NCBI GenBank assembly: GCA_023512255.1
Contig: JAILZY010000006.1
Span: 13,585-77,584, forward strand
DNA: 64,000 nucleotides
Origin: a bacterium
Lineage (GTDB): Bacteria; SZUA-182; DTGQ01
Direction: 5' to 3'
The notes beneath the pieces were generated by a model. That model was not told the DNA's origin. It saw nothing but the letters and a program-made list of their open reading frames with translations, and searched no databases. Below are positions 26,999 through 36,428 of this stretch, piece after piece. The position numbers and the translations under genes are program-made. Numbering within the stretch: the stretch's first letter is position 1; every line of letters starts with the position of its first letter.

Positions 26999-28382
26999 CA
27001 GCCGCGGAAGAAAGCCGGTTAATCAGGAGCTTGATCTGGCTAAGTATTACACCGCCCTACAAACCATAAGTCCGGCTATCCTGTGCGGACGAGTAAAGAG
27101 GGTTATCGGCCTGGTGATCGAGGGCTTTGGTCCGGCTGTGCCGCTTGGAGGCATATGTGAAATAGAATCTCTTAGCCATCAGCCGATCAGGGCTGAGGTA
27201 GTGGGTTTTAGAGAGGATGGGGTTTTGATGATGCCCCTTGGAGAGCTTCAAGGAATAAAACCAGGGAGCGTCATTCGGGCAGTCAAGCTGAAGGATACGA
27301 TCAGGGTTGGGCCAAAACTTTTAGGTAGGGTGATCGATGCCTTGGGAAGACCGATCGACTGGCAGGGAGAGCTGAGTCTGCCCGAGGAGTATCCCTTCTA
27401 TGCCAGCCCCTTGCGGCCAATGGAGCGGGAGAGGATCTGTCAGCCGCTCGATGTCGGCATCCGGGCCATCAATAGCCTTCTTACCATTGGTCGGGGACAG
27501 AAAATCGGCATCTTTGCCGGAAGTGGCGTAGGAAAGAGTGTGCTGATGGGGCAAATAGCTAGAAACACTGAGGCGGATGTCAATGTCATTGCCCTGATCG
27601 GAGAGCGGGGCCGGGAGGTCAAGGAGTTCATTGACAAGGATCTTGGAGAAGAAGGGCTAAGAAGGTCAGTCCTGGTAGTGGTTACTTCGGATGAGCCCCC
27701 TCTTTTGCGAAGGCGGGGAGCCTTTGTGGCTACAGCCATAGCCGAATACTTTCGGGATCAGGGAAAGCAAGTCCTTTTGATGATGGATTCTCTGACCCGC
27801 TTTGCTATGGCCCAGCGGGAAATCGGCCTGGCTGTGGGAGAGCCGCCAACTAGCCGAGGCTATACCCCTTCGGTTTTTGCCCTCCTGCCCGCGCTCTTGG
27901 AGCGGGTCGGAGCCTCACGGAAAGGCGGAAGCATTACCGGCATCTACACCGTGCTGGTCGAGGGAGATGATCTGAGTGAGCCGGTGGCTGATTCGGCCCG
28001 ATCCATCCTGGATGGCCACATTGTCTTATCTCGTGACCTTGCTGCCCGAAACCATTACCCGGCCATTGACATTTTGTCCAGCATCAGCCGGGTTAGGGGT
28101 GATATCACCACTGGTGAGCAAAGGGAGGATGCTCACTATCTGGTTGAACTGCTGGCCACTTTTCGGCGAGTTGAAGACCTGGTGCAAATTGGTGCTTATA
28201 AGAAGGGGAGCAATCCCAAATCCGATCTTGCCCTGAGCATGATTGATTCAATCAACGAATTTCTCAGGCAAAAAATCAACGAAAGACAAGATTTGGCTAG
28301 TAGTTTCAAAGCCCTCCATGAGCTTTTGGCCCCAGTGAAGGACGCTCTCCATCGATCCGATAATAAAAACAGCAGTCATTAA
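26973..28382 (+). CDS. fliI: Flagellar export ATPase FliI (start codon uncertain)
   Basis: [11 protein letters not shown] Walker [35 protein letters not shown]. Confidence 0.97.
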   Translation: MMRPEACADSRGRKPVNQELDLAKYYTALQTISPAILCGRVKRVIGLVIEGFGPAVPLGGICEIESLSHQPIRAEVVGFREDGVLMMPLGELQGIKPGSVIRAVKLKDTIRVGPKLLGRVIDALGRPIDWQGELSLPEEYPFYASPLRPMERERICQPLDVGIRAINSLLTIGRGQKIGIFAGSGVGKSVLMGQIARNTEADVNVIALIGERGREVKEFIDKDLGEEGLRRSVLVVVTSDEPPLLRRRGAFVATAIAEYFRDQGKQVLLMMDSLTRFAMAQREIGLAVGEPPTSRGYTPSVFALLPALLERVGASRKGGSITGIYTVLVEGDDLSEPVADSARSILDGHIVLSRDLAARNHYPAIDILSSISRVRGDITTGEQREDAHYLVELLATFRRVEDLVQIGAYKKGSNPKSDLALSMIDSINEFLRQKINERQDLASSFKALHELLAPVKDALHRSDNKNSSH

Positions 28383-28477
28383 ATCGCGGTCAAAAGGCTC
28401 TCAAAAATCTAGCACAATAAACCAACACAGCCACCAAGCCTCGCCTTTATGAGGCGAATTAGGGCTTTGAGACCATA

Positions 28478-28948
28478 GTGAAAACATTTCGCTTACAGTC
28501 TGTTCTCGAATATCGAAAGAGTCTTGAAGAGGAAATTCAGCGGGAATTTTCCGAGCTTCAGGCCAAGCTTTACCAAGAGAGAGAGCTTGGCCTGCGGATC
28601 AAAGAGCAGATTTGCGCTTGGCAGCAGAAATTCCATGATCGACAAAAACAGCCGCAAGGTATTTGCTCCGCTGAGATTGACCTCTACCATAAGTTTTTGC
28701 ATTTTTTGACCAATGAGGCCGCAAGGCAGGAAGAGAAAATCCGCTCCCTTGAGTTGGCTGTTGAGCAAAAGCGGCAGGTCCTGCTTGAGGCCAGAAGGGA
28801 AAAGAAGATTATGGAGAGGTTGAGAGAAAAAACCCTTATCCTCTGGAGGAAAGACATGCTGCGGAAAGAGCAAAAGCTCTTGGATGAGAGAGCTGCAAAC
28901 CGCCGCCGTAGGGGCAGCCAGGATATGGCACCAGGATATGGCAGATGA
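28478..28948 (+). CDS. fliJ: Flagellar export chaperone FliJ
   Basis: FRLQSVLEYRKSLEE N-terminus, coiled coil, EQKLLDE C-terminal motif; follows fliI. Confidence 0.9.
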   Translation: MKTFRLQSVLEYRKSLEEEIQREFSELQAKLYQERELGLRIKEQICAWQQKFHDRQKQPQGICSAEIDLYHKFLHFLTNEAARQEEKIRSLELAVEQKRQVLLEARREKKIMERLREKTLILWRKDMLRKEQKLLDERAANRRRRGSQDMAPGYGR

Positions 28949-29676
28949 AGAAGGATAGAGGCTTGAGCAAGGGATTGGGACTTCTGCCTGCACCGCAGCC
29001 TTCATTGAACAGGGAAGCAAAGATGATTAGAGCCACAGCCCGCAGTCTTCCTCGAACTCTTCTTGGATCAGCCATAGTGGCTGTGGCTGTTTACGCTGCT
29101 TTTCTCAAGGGCTTTTCGATCAGCCGCCCGCGCTTGGTCCGTGAAAGCCTGGCTGGCCAGTCAAAGGCATCCTCGGCTTCCGCGACCGCGGGTGGAAGCC
29201 CTACTTGGGAAAGCCTGGCTCAGGTTCAACAATCCCTGGCTGAGCGGGAAGCCAAGCTCAGGGAGAGGGAAAAGACACTCGATGAGCAAGAGCAGCGGCT
29301 TTCTGCTATCAAGCAGGAGATTATTCAGAGTCTTGAGCTTATGAAAGCGCTTCAGAGGGAAATTGAGGAAAAAGGCCGAAAGCTGGATGAGCAGCAGGAG
29401 AAGCGAATCAAAGAGCTGTCCAAGATCTTCGAAAGCGCTCCTCCGGAGAAGGCCGGCTCAATCATCGCTCAGACCGATCTTTTGACCGCAGCGGAAATCA
29501 TCATGCGGATTGATAAGAGAAAAGCAGGCCGGATCTGGGGATATGTAGACCCAAAATTAGCCGCGAAGATTACCCAACATATAGCCCAGCAAGATGCCTG
29601 GAAAAGAGGACTACCCTCCTCTTCTTCCCTGACTGATGAAGCTTCCGGTCAGGGTGAGGCAGAAAATAAGGAATAA
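28945..29676 (+). CDS. MotE/FlbB/YlxF-like protein (TM + coiled coil + MgtE_N-like domain)
   Basis: Single TM segment, long coiled coil, then LSKIFESAPPEKAG...RKAGRIW; conserved position after fliJ. Confidence 0.75.
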   Translation: MKKDRGLSKGLGLLPAPQPSLNREAKMIRATARSLPRTLLGSAIVAVAVYAAFLKGFSISRPRLVRESLAGQSKASSASATAGGSPTWESLAQVQQSLAEREAKLREREKTLDEQEQRLSAIKQEIIQSLELMKALQREIEEKGRKLDEQQEKRIKELSKIFESAPPEKAGSIIAQTDLLTAAEIIMRIDKRKAGRIWGYVDPKLAAKITQHIAQQDAWKRGLPSSSSLTDEASGQGEAENKE

Positions 29677-29825
29677 CATGCAGTAGAAAAAAATAATAAG
29701 TTATATTTACCTATTTTCACATTTTAACTTATAATGAAATTAATATAAAATTTTAATATTTTAAATACTTATAAAAAGCAAAAAAGTGTAGTAATAGTAG
29801 TAGTAATAAGAGGTGAATAAGGTTT

Positions 29826-30590
29826 ATGGATATTGCTACCGTATCTGGAATTGCGTCTGCCTTCGCCCTGGTGGTGATTGCCATATTCATGGGCGGAAGT
29901 CTGATGATTTTTGTCGATATTCCCTCGGTCATGATTACGGTCGGGGGAACGATCGGAGTTAGCCTCATTCACTATCCCCTGGGGGATATTCTGGGAGTGA
30001 TGAAGGTAGTGAAAAATACCTTCTTTTCAAAAACGCACAATCCTCAGGAGTTGATTAAGAAAATTATCGAAATGGCCAGCCTGGCCCGCAAAGAAGGGCT
30101 TCTGGCTTTACAAAATACAGCTAAAAGCCTAGAGGACCCCTTCATACGGGTAGGAATTCAGGGGCTGGTTGACGGCCTGGAGCCTGAAGCCATCAGACAG
30201 ATCCTGAATACTGATATCGAGCAGATGGAAGATCGCCACTCCCACGGAGCCGAGATCCTGACCAGTATGGCTGCCTATGCCCCAGCTATGGGGCTCATCG
30301 GCACCCTCATCGGACTGGTGCAGATGCTGCAAAACCTGAATGACCCCAGCAAGATCGGCCCTGGTATGGCTGTCGCTCTCCTCACCACCTTTTACGGAGC
30401 CATTATGGCCAACATGGTTTTCCTCCCTTTGAGCGGGAAATTGAAAACTCGAAGCTCCGAAGAGGCCCAATATCGGCAGATTGCCCTGGAAGGCATCATT
30501 TCTATCTCAACCGGCACCAATCCTCGCATTATTGAGCAAAAGCTCCACGCTTTTTTGCCGCCTAAGATGCGAATTTCAAGCTTCAATTAA
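29826..30590 (+). CDS. motA: Flagellar stator A subunit (MotA/PomA type)
   Basis: MDIAT...ARKEGLLAL, APAMGLIGTLIGLVQML, ALLTTFYG. Confidence 0.95.
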   Translation: MDIATVSGIASAFALVVIAIFMGGSLMIFVDIPSVMITVGGTIGVSLIHYPLGDILGVMKVVKNTFFSKTHNPQELIKKIIEMASLARKEGLLALQNTAKSLEDPFIRVGIQGLVDGLEPEAIRQILNTDIEQMEDRHSHGAEILTSMAAYAPAMGLIGTLIGLVQMLQNLNDPSKIGPGMAVALLTTFYGAIMANMVFLPLSGKLKTRSSEEAQYRQIALEGIISISTGTNPRIIEQKLHAFLPPKMRISSFN

Positions 30591-30821
30591 TTTCATACCC
30601 GCATTCATGCACCAATATAATGCGCATCCTGAGACAAGAGGTCTTCATGGCTTGGAGAATGGTTATTGAATATTGATAACTATTTGATTTAATGATTTAT
30701 TTTTTAGCTTTATTTTTCGTGTCTGTCGGCATTAATCTTGCTGGAATATAAATAATGAAAAGCTGCTAACCTCATATATTTCACTCTTAACCATTAGAGT
30801 GGGAAAATCTGATCATTATTT

Positions 30822-31661
30822 ATGAAAATCAACGCAAAAATTCATCCTATCTATAAGATTTTGCTTGGAGAGTTTTGGCTGTCTGAAGAGGGAGACTCAA
30901 CAGTCGTGCTCATGTGTGCCTTGGTTCTCCTGATGATGGCTTTTTTTGCAGTCTTAAATTCCATTTCGGTGAAGGATAAAAAAAGGGAGCGGGCGGCGCT
31001 GGGCTCAGTTACAGAAAGTTTTGGCGCTCTGCCGGGTGGGGTTCTGCCGAATGCAGGCAAACAGTTCCTGCTTGCCTCCCCGCCAATGGTTGATTCGCAG
31101 CATGAGCTGGCCAGCAAGGGAATCAGCCCTGAGACCCTTTATGAGCTGGTGCGGTTAAATTCAGATAAGAAGTGGTATCAGATTATAACCCTTAAAAAAT
31201 CGCTTGAGGGATTAAGTATTGCCCTTTCGGATCAGGGTTTTTTCACTCCCGGCAGAGCGGAATTAGCCGCGGAGAAACTGCCCATGCTAAATAAAATCAG
31301 TGCGCTTATTCAGGACTCATCCTGTGATGTGGTCATTAAAGGGTATACGGATAATACCCCTATTGCCTCAAGTAATTTTGGGTCAAACTGGGAGCTGTCT
31401 GCGGCGAGAGCCATGAATGTTATGAAATATTTCATCCAGCAGGGGATCTCCCCCTCCCGGCTGGAAGCAGCAGGCTATGGGGAGTATGATCCTCTCTTCC
31501 CCAATGATACCGAGGAGCATCGGGCCCTAAATCGAAGAGTGGAGATTCAATTGGTTCAAAAGGAAAAAAAAGAGCTTCCCTCAAGGGATGACTCAAATGA
31601 TAAGGATGGAATCATGGTTCATGGCTTTTGGTTTAAAATGCGAAGCCTCATGCAAAAATAA
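30822..31661 (+). CDS. motB: MotB-like protein 1: OmpA-type PG-binding domain intact, TM Asp absent
   Basis: GYTDNTP, SNWELSAARA, GYGEYDP, NRRVEI. TM segment VVLMCALVLLMMAFFAVL contains no Asp. Confidence 0.85.
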   Translation: MKINAKIHPIYKILLGEFWLSEEGDSTVVLMCALVLLMMAFFAVLNSISVKDKKRERAALGSVTESFGALPGGVLPNAGKQFLLASPPMVDSQHELASKGISPETLYELVRLNSDKKWYQIITLKKSLEGLSIALSDQGFFTPGRAELAAEKLPMLNKISALIQDSSCDVVIKGYTDNTPIASSNFGSNWELSAARAMNVMKYFIQQGISPSRLEAAGYGEYDPLFPNDTEEHRALNRRVEIQLVQKEKKELPSRDDSNDKDGIMVHGFWFKMRSLMQK

Positions 31662-31686
31662 AATCCAAAGATAAAATCAGGGTAAT

Positions 31687-32394
31687 ATGGCCAAGAAAAA
31701 AGAAAAGAAAGAAATGGATCCGCAAGCCTGGATGTTCAGCTTTTCAGATCTATTGACCAATATGCTGACCTTCTTTGTGCTGCTCTATTCCATGTCATCT
31801 ATGAACAACCTGGCCTTTGAACACTACCTTGCCCCTTCGCTTCGGGGCGCCTTGGGAGTGATTAACCGTGGGGAGCTGACCAGTATTGGAAAGCCCCGCT
31901 TTATGCCGGTTTCTCTACCGCCGACTGAGGAATTCTCTCTCATTGAGGATGCGTTCATCAAGGCCCTGTTGAGCGATGCCAAAGAGCAAGATGAGGCCGG
32001 GCCGGATTCTAAAAATTTGCAGACCATAGATATCTATGCCAATCAAAAATTTGCCCAGGTATTATTTCCAGCCAAGGTCCTGTTTGAAAAAAACAGTGCC
32101 GAGATTTCTCCTCAGATGGCCAAGCACCTTCGGGGAATTGCTGTGATTTTAAACAAATTCGCCCACCCTGTGCGGATCAATGGCTATAGCTACTCAGCAG
32201 GGGGGCAAGAGAGTGAGGTCTTGTCGCTTAAGAGGGCCTCGGCAGTGTTAAATTTTCTCATTACTGAGGGAGGGCTTGCCCCGGAGAGGTGCAGTTTGGC
32301 TGGTTATGGAGAGCTGCGGCCTGAGGGAAGAAGAGTAAAGAGTGAGGATTATGTAGAGATTTACATTATTAAAGCGATCAATTACACCACATAA
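31687..32394 (+). CDS. motB: MotB-like protein 2: canonical TM with Asp, degenerate PG-binding domain
   Basis: WMFSFSDLLTNMLTFFVLL. OmpA-like domain has GYSYS in place of GHTD and EDYVEI in place of NRRVEI. Confidence 0.88.
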   Translation: MAKKKEKKEMDPQAWMFSFSDLLTNMLTFFVLLYSMSSMNNLAFEHYLAPSLRGALGVINRGELTSIGKPRFMPVSLPPTEEFSLIEDAFIKALLSDAKEQDEAGPDSKNLQTIDIYANQKFAQVLFPAKVLFEKNSAEISPQMAKHLRGIAVILNKFAHPVRINGYSYSAGGQESEVLSLKRASAVLNFLITEGGLAPERCSLAGYGELRPEGRRVKSEDYVEIYIIKAINYTT

Positions 32395-32475
32395 AGACTA
32401 TTTTTCAACCTCAAAGACACCTTGAGAATCTCCATCCTGGTTGCTGTTGAAAGTCAAAAATAGTGCACAACTAGC

Positions 32476-32615
32476 TTAATGGTTTTCTCGCTAAGTGCGT
32501 AACACAAGTGGGCAGCGGATCAATTAGGCTATCAATTATAGGTTTATAGGTTACGTTATCAATTGTGGCGCGCGGACCTTGTGCCTGAACAGTTTGCTTA
32601 TTAGTGAGAAGGCCA
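32476..32615 (+). repeat. Degenerate interspersed repeat (family 2), most complete copy
   Basis: 32490-32520 matches the reverse complement of 59603-59633 at 28 of 31 positions. 32506-32615 aligns, with gaps, to the reverse complement of 59391-59473 and to 59869-59947. Confidence 0.7.
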
Positions 32616-32660
32616 CTTAATGCAGGTAGCTAATTTACAAATTTTTGAGGAGAGAAGTTT

Positions 32661-33161
32661 ATGGGTATTCGAAATGAACAAGGCTTTTTATCAACCAAGC
32701 TACTGATCATTATCAGCGCGGTGGTGCTCCTTTTAATCGGAGCAGGCATTTTCATCTACCTGAAATTTCTCTCGTCTCCCAAAAATGCTGCGGCTCAACC
32801 TCGCTCTGCCCCACCCCAGGAGGAGAGCTTGCCTCAGCAGCCTGCCGCGGCTGATATCCAAGGCCCTATTTTTGATTTAAATACCTTCATTGTCAACCTT
32901 ATGGGAGATTCGGGGAGGAGATATCTGAAGGTTACCATTAAGCTTGAGTTGAGCAGCGAGCTGCTGAAAGAGGAAATTAGTAAAAAAATGCCGGAGATTC
33001 AAGACAATATGCTGGTTTTGCTATCCAGCAAATCGTACGATGATATCGCCGATGTCTCAGGCAAGATACGGCTTCGGGCTGAAATCATGAATCGGATCAA
33101 TGCGGTATTGACCTCTGGTCAGGTTCGCAAGGTCTACTTTACCGAGTTTGTCATTCAGTAA
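32661..33161 (+). CDS. fliL: Flagellar basal body-associated protein FliL
   Basis: N-terminal TM, FIVNL, RRYLKV, VYFTEFVIQ. Confidence 0.95.
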   Translation: MGIRNEQGFLSTKLLIIISAVVLLLIGAGIFIYLKFLSSPKNAAAQPRSAPPQEESLPQQPAAADIQGPIFDLNTFIVNLMGDSGRRYLKVTIKLELSSELLKEEISKKMPEIQDNMLVLLSSKSYDDIADVSGKIRLRAEIMNRINAVLTSGQVRKVYFTEFVIQ

Positions 33162-33210
33162 ATTTTTGGGAATAAGTTTGTCATTTATTAGCTTTTTGGA
33201 AAGATGAACT

Positions 33211-34239
33211 ATGTCAACCGAGACCAATATTAACGATATTCTATCTCCTGATGAAATTAAGGCCCTGAGCGAAGCAGTCTTTGACGGAAAGATCGAAACC
33301 GAAGGCCAGACTCTCCCATCCCAGATGGTGACGGAGTTTGATCTGACTGACAAAAAGACGCTGCCCTCAAAAATGGTGGGGCTTGAGATCATCAACAACC
33401 GATTCATCCGCAAATTCAGAGCCACGCTGTCCACTATGCTGCGCAAGGTGGTGGAGGTGGAGATTATTTCCACCAATCACCTGAGCTTTGCTGATGTCTC
33501 AAAATCAATCCCTGTTCCCTCTTGGATCAACCTCCTGCACTTTGATCCTCTGCCTGGCTCTCCTTTTATCGCCTTTGATACCCATCTGGCCACGGTTATC
33601 ATCGACTATATGTGTGGAGGAAACGGCCAGATCAGCAAGAGTTTGAAAAAAGAGGAATTTGGGCCCATTGAGCAGCATCTGATGAGCAAGGTTACTCATG
33701 AAGTCATTGGCTGTCTTGAGGAAGTGTGGAAAATCATTTTACCCGTCAGCATAGATGCCGGAGATATAGAGTTTGACAGCCGCTACATTACCAGTGTTTC
33801 CCATGACGAAATGTTTGTGGTTACCTACTTTTCAACCAAGATCGAAGAATCAAGCGGCGTGCTTACCCTGGCCCTACCCTACACTACCCTTGAGCCAATC
33901 AAGCAGAAGCTGACCAGCACGGTCGGCCATGATGAGCAAAAGGCTAACTTTTCATGGATGAGCAGCCTGAAGGAGTACCTTCCTGATATTCGGGCCAATA
34001 TCACGGTTGAGCTGGGAAAGAAAAATGTCACTGTTCGGGACCTTTTATCCATGAGAGTTGGAGATGTTATTATTTTGGATCAATTTATCGGGGATGAGCT
34101 GATGGTCTATGTAGAGGGCGTGCCTAAATTTAAAGGCTATCCAGGCCACTATAAGGGCAACAATGCCCTCAATATCACCTCTGTTCTCTACCCGCTCAAA
34201 GGAGAAGTGCCTAATGTCGGGAAAAACATCACCAGTTGA
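33211..34239 (+). CDS. fliM: Flagellar motor switch protein FliM
   Basis: N-terminal LSxxEI peptide, CheC-like middle domain and C-terminal SpoA domain (VGDVIILDQ). Confidence 0.92.
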   Translation: MSTETNINDILSPDEIKALSEAVFDGKIETEGQTLPSQMVTEFDLTDKKTLPSKMVGLEIINNRFIRKFRATLSTMLRKVVEVEIISTNHLSFADVSKSIPVPSWINLLHFDPLPGSPFIAFDTHLATVIIDYMCGGNGQISKSLKKEEFGPIEQHLMSKVTHEVIGCLEEVWKIILPVSIDAGDIEFDSRYITSVSHDEMFVVTYFSTKIEESSGVLTLALPYTTLEPIKQKLTSTVGHDEQKANFSWMSSLKEYLPDIRANITVELGKKNVTVRDLLSMRVGDVIILDQFIGDELMVYVEGVPKFKGYPGHYKGNNALNITSVLYPLKGEVPNVGKNITS

Positions 34240-34660
34240 ATCTACCTCTATGAACGAAAAGGGCGATCAAGCAGCTATGTCTCAAGAGGGCTTCACTCCC
34301 TCATCTTTCCCGGAACCATCGCCGGAGCAGGAGCAATTCATCCCTCGTGGCTCCTTTCCCCAGGCAGGAGAGGTGCTATCGCAGGATCAGCACTCCTTTC
34401 CCCGCAACCTAGATTTTATCCTCGACATCCCCCTGGAAATCTCGGTTGAGCTAGGGAGGACCAAGGTCCGCATCGCCGATATCCTAAAACTTGGACAAGG
34501 ATCGATAATCGAGCTTACCAATCCAGCCGGAAGCGCCCTTGAGGTCTTGGTTAACCACAAACCTATTGCCAAGGGCGAAGTAGTCGTAGTCAACGAAAAA
34601 TATGGCATTAGACTTACCGAAATTCTCAGTGTCATGGAAAGGATTGAAAAACTCAGATGA
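34214..34660 (+). CDS. fliN: Flagellar motor switch protein FliN
   Basis: LDFILDIPLEISVELGRT, GEVVVVNEKYGIRLT. Start at 34214 follows an AAGGAG RBS. Confidence 0.95.
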   Translation: MSGKTSPVESTSMNEKGDQAAMSQEGFTPSSFPEPSPEQEQFIPRGSFPQAGEVLSQDQHSFPRNLDFILDIPLEISVELGRTKVRIADILKLGQGSIIELTNPAGSALEVLVNHKPIAKGEVVVVNEKYGIRLTEILSVMERIEKLR

Positions 34661-35613
34661 AGCCACTCTCTGCTTTCATTATCGACAGGAAAATGAAAAA
34701 TCTTGGGCTAACCTTGCGGGAAAAAAGAGGGATGCTTATGCTCTTTCTTCTTCTTGCGCTCTGTCTGTTAGTAAGCCTGATGCTGGTGGAGGCTGAATCA
34801 TCCTCATCTACTCTGGGGCTAGATTCTACCCGGCGTCGAATGCTCAGCAGAGAAGGGAAAAAAGGCCCTCAGGCTCAGCCTGGGCAAAAAGCAAGCCAAG
34901 AGTTTGAGCATCTGCATTTGAGCCAAGAGCCTGGGCAAACAAATCAGTCTGGGCAGGCAAGCCAACCTGAGCAAGCCAGCCAGCAGTCTGAGCAAGCAAG
35001 CCAGCAGCCTGGACAAGTAACCCAGCCTGAGCAAGCAAGCCAACCTGAGCAAGCCAGCCAGCAGCCCCCCGCGGCCGCTGATGAGGAGAGCACCACCTTG
35101 TCAGATGATTTTGATCTCCTGAAGGAGAGACTCAGCGAGAGGCTTCAGCCCAAGCAGCCCCCTTCTTCGTCTGCTATTGTCAATCTTGCCCCTCCCCTGC
35201 TGAAGGCCACCCTCTCCTTGGCCTTGGTTTTAGCGGTCATCTTCGGTTTGAGTTACCTGGTGAAAAAATATTATCTTAAGGGAAATCTGCCGGGCGGGAA
35301 ATACATACAGCTTCTCGATACCTGTCCCTTGGGACTTAAAAATTCCCTCATTCTGGTGAGGGTAGAAACCCAGACCCTGCTGCTTGGGCTGAGTGGTCAG
35401 CAGATCGTTCTCCTGACCCAGGTTAACTCTGCGGCGGGGAAATCAAAGTCTTCCGAGGAAGCTGCCAAAGGCAGACCGAAGGCTTCTGAAAGCTTTGCTG
35501 AGCAACTATCAATGAATACAATGAAATTGCAGCCGTCTTTACAGGTTTCGGAAAGTGCCACCAATATCGCCGATATCCTGGAGAGCCGACTAAAAGGGCT
35601 GAAAAAGGTATGA
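34657..35613 (+). CDS. fliO: Flagellar biogenesis protein FliO with long Gln-rich N-terminal extension
   Basis: Located between fliN and fliP. TM (LSLALVLAVIFGLSYLVKK) is followed by IQLLDTCPLGLKNSLILVRV...LLLG. Confidence 0.8.
   Translation: MKPLSAFIIDRKMKNLGLTLREKRGMLMLFLLLALCLLVSLMLVEAESSSSTLGLDSTRRRMLSREGKKGPQAQPGQKASQEFEHLHLSQEPGQTNQSGQASQPEQASQQSEQASQQPGQVTQPEQASQPEQASQQPPAAADEESTTLSDDFDLLKERLSERLQPKQPPSSSAIVNLAPPLLKATLSLALVLAVIFGLSYLVKKYYLKGNLPGGKYIQLLDTCPLGLKNSLILVRVETQTLLLGLSGQQIVLLTQVNSAAGKSKSSEEAAKGRPKASESFAEQLSMNTMKLQPSLQVSESATNIADILESRLKGLKKV
34955..35068. repeat. Coding tandem repeat (QPEQASQ-type units) within fliO
   Basis: Repeated (c)agcctgagcaagc(a/c)agc units. Confidence 0.85.
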
Positions 35614-36413
35614 TGAGAAAAAATATTCAAAGGTATATTTTAACCGCATCTGCTTTTCTCTTTTTGATTTCCGCTATCCTTCTGCTGCGGCCTAATCTGG
35701 CCGCGGCTCAGCCAGGGGCGCAGCAGCAGGGCGGGTTATCTATTCCCAAAATCAGTATTAGTATGGATGACTCGAGTCGGCCAAAGGACGTTGGCACTTC
35801 GCTCCAGATACTTTTCCTTTTGACCATTCTCTCCCTGGCTCCGGCTATTCTGATGATGGTTACCTCATTTACTAGGATCGTGGTAGTGCTCTCTTTCTTC
35901 CGCCAAGCCCTTGGAACCCAGCAGTTGCCAACTAATCAGATCATTATTGGTCTATCCTTATTTTTGACCTTTTTTGTTATGTCTCCTGTACTGAAAAAAA
36001 TCAATGCCGAGGCCCTTCAGCCCTATCTCAGCCAGCAGATCAGCCAGGCTGAGGCCTGGGAAAAAACCATTACTCCCTTGCGGGGATTTATGTTTCGTCA
36101 AACCAGAGAGAAGGATTTGGCCCTGTTTGTTGAGCTGGCTAAGCTAAAGAGGCCGCGAAAGCCGGACGATATTCCCACCTCAGTTCTCATTCCTTCCTTT
36201 ATTATCAGTGAGCTTAAGACCGCCTTCCAGATCGGCTTTTTAATATATCTTCCCTTTTTGGTAGTTGATATGGTGGTCTCTTCGGTCCTATTGTCTATGG
36301 GTATGATGATGCTGCCACCGATTATGATTTCCCTTCCCTTTAAGTTGATTTTCTTTGTCCTGATTGATGGCTGGAATCTGATGGTAGGTTCACTGGTGAA
36401 AAGTTTTGCTTAA
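35610..36413 (+). CDS. fliP: Flagellar export apparatus FliP
   Basis: MVTSFTRIVVVL, PSFIISELKTAFQIG, MMMLPP, DGWNL. Confidence 0.97.
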   Translation: MMRKNIQRYILTASAFLFLISAILLLRPNLAAAQPGAQQQGGLSIPKISISMDDSSRPKDVGTSLQILFLLTILSLAPAILMMVTSFTRIVVVLSFFRQALGTQQLPTNQIIIGLSLFLTFFVMSPVLKKINAEALQPYLSQQISQAEAWEKTITPLRGFMFRQTREKDLALFVELAKLKRPRKPDDIPTSVLIPSFIISELKTAFQIGFLIYLPFLVVDMVVSSVLLSMGMMMLPPIMISLPFKLIFFVLIDGWNLMVGSLVKSFA

Positions 36414-36428
36414 AGGAGTAAATAGGCT

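Noticed and set aside
8843-28458. Shared 12-mer ttatgaggcgaa at ~8845 and in the hairpin at 28441-28457 as a repeat family
   Set aside because: Too short, with only two occurrences; it could be chance.
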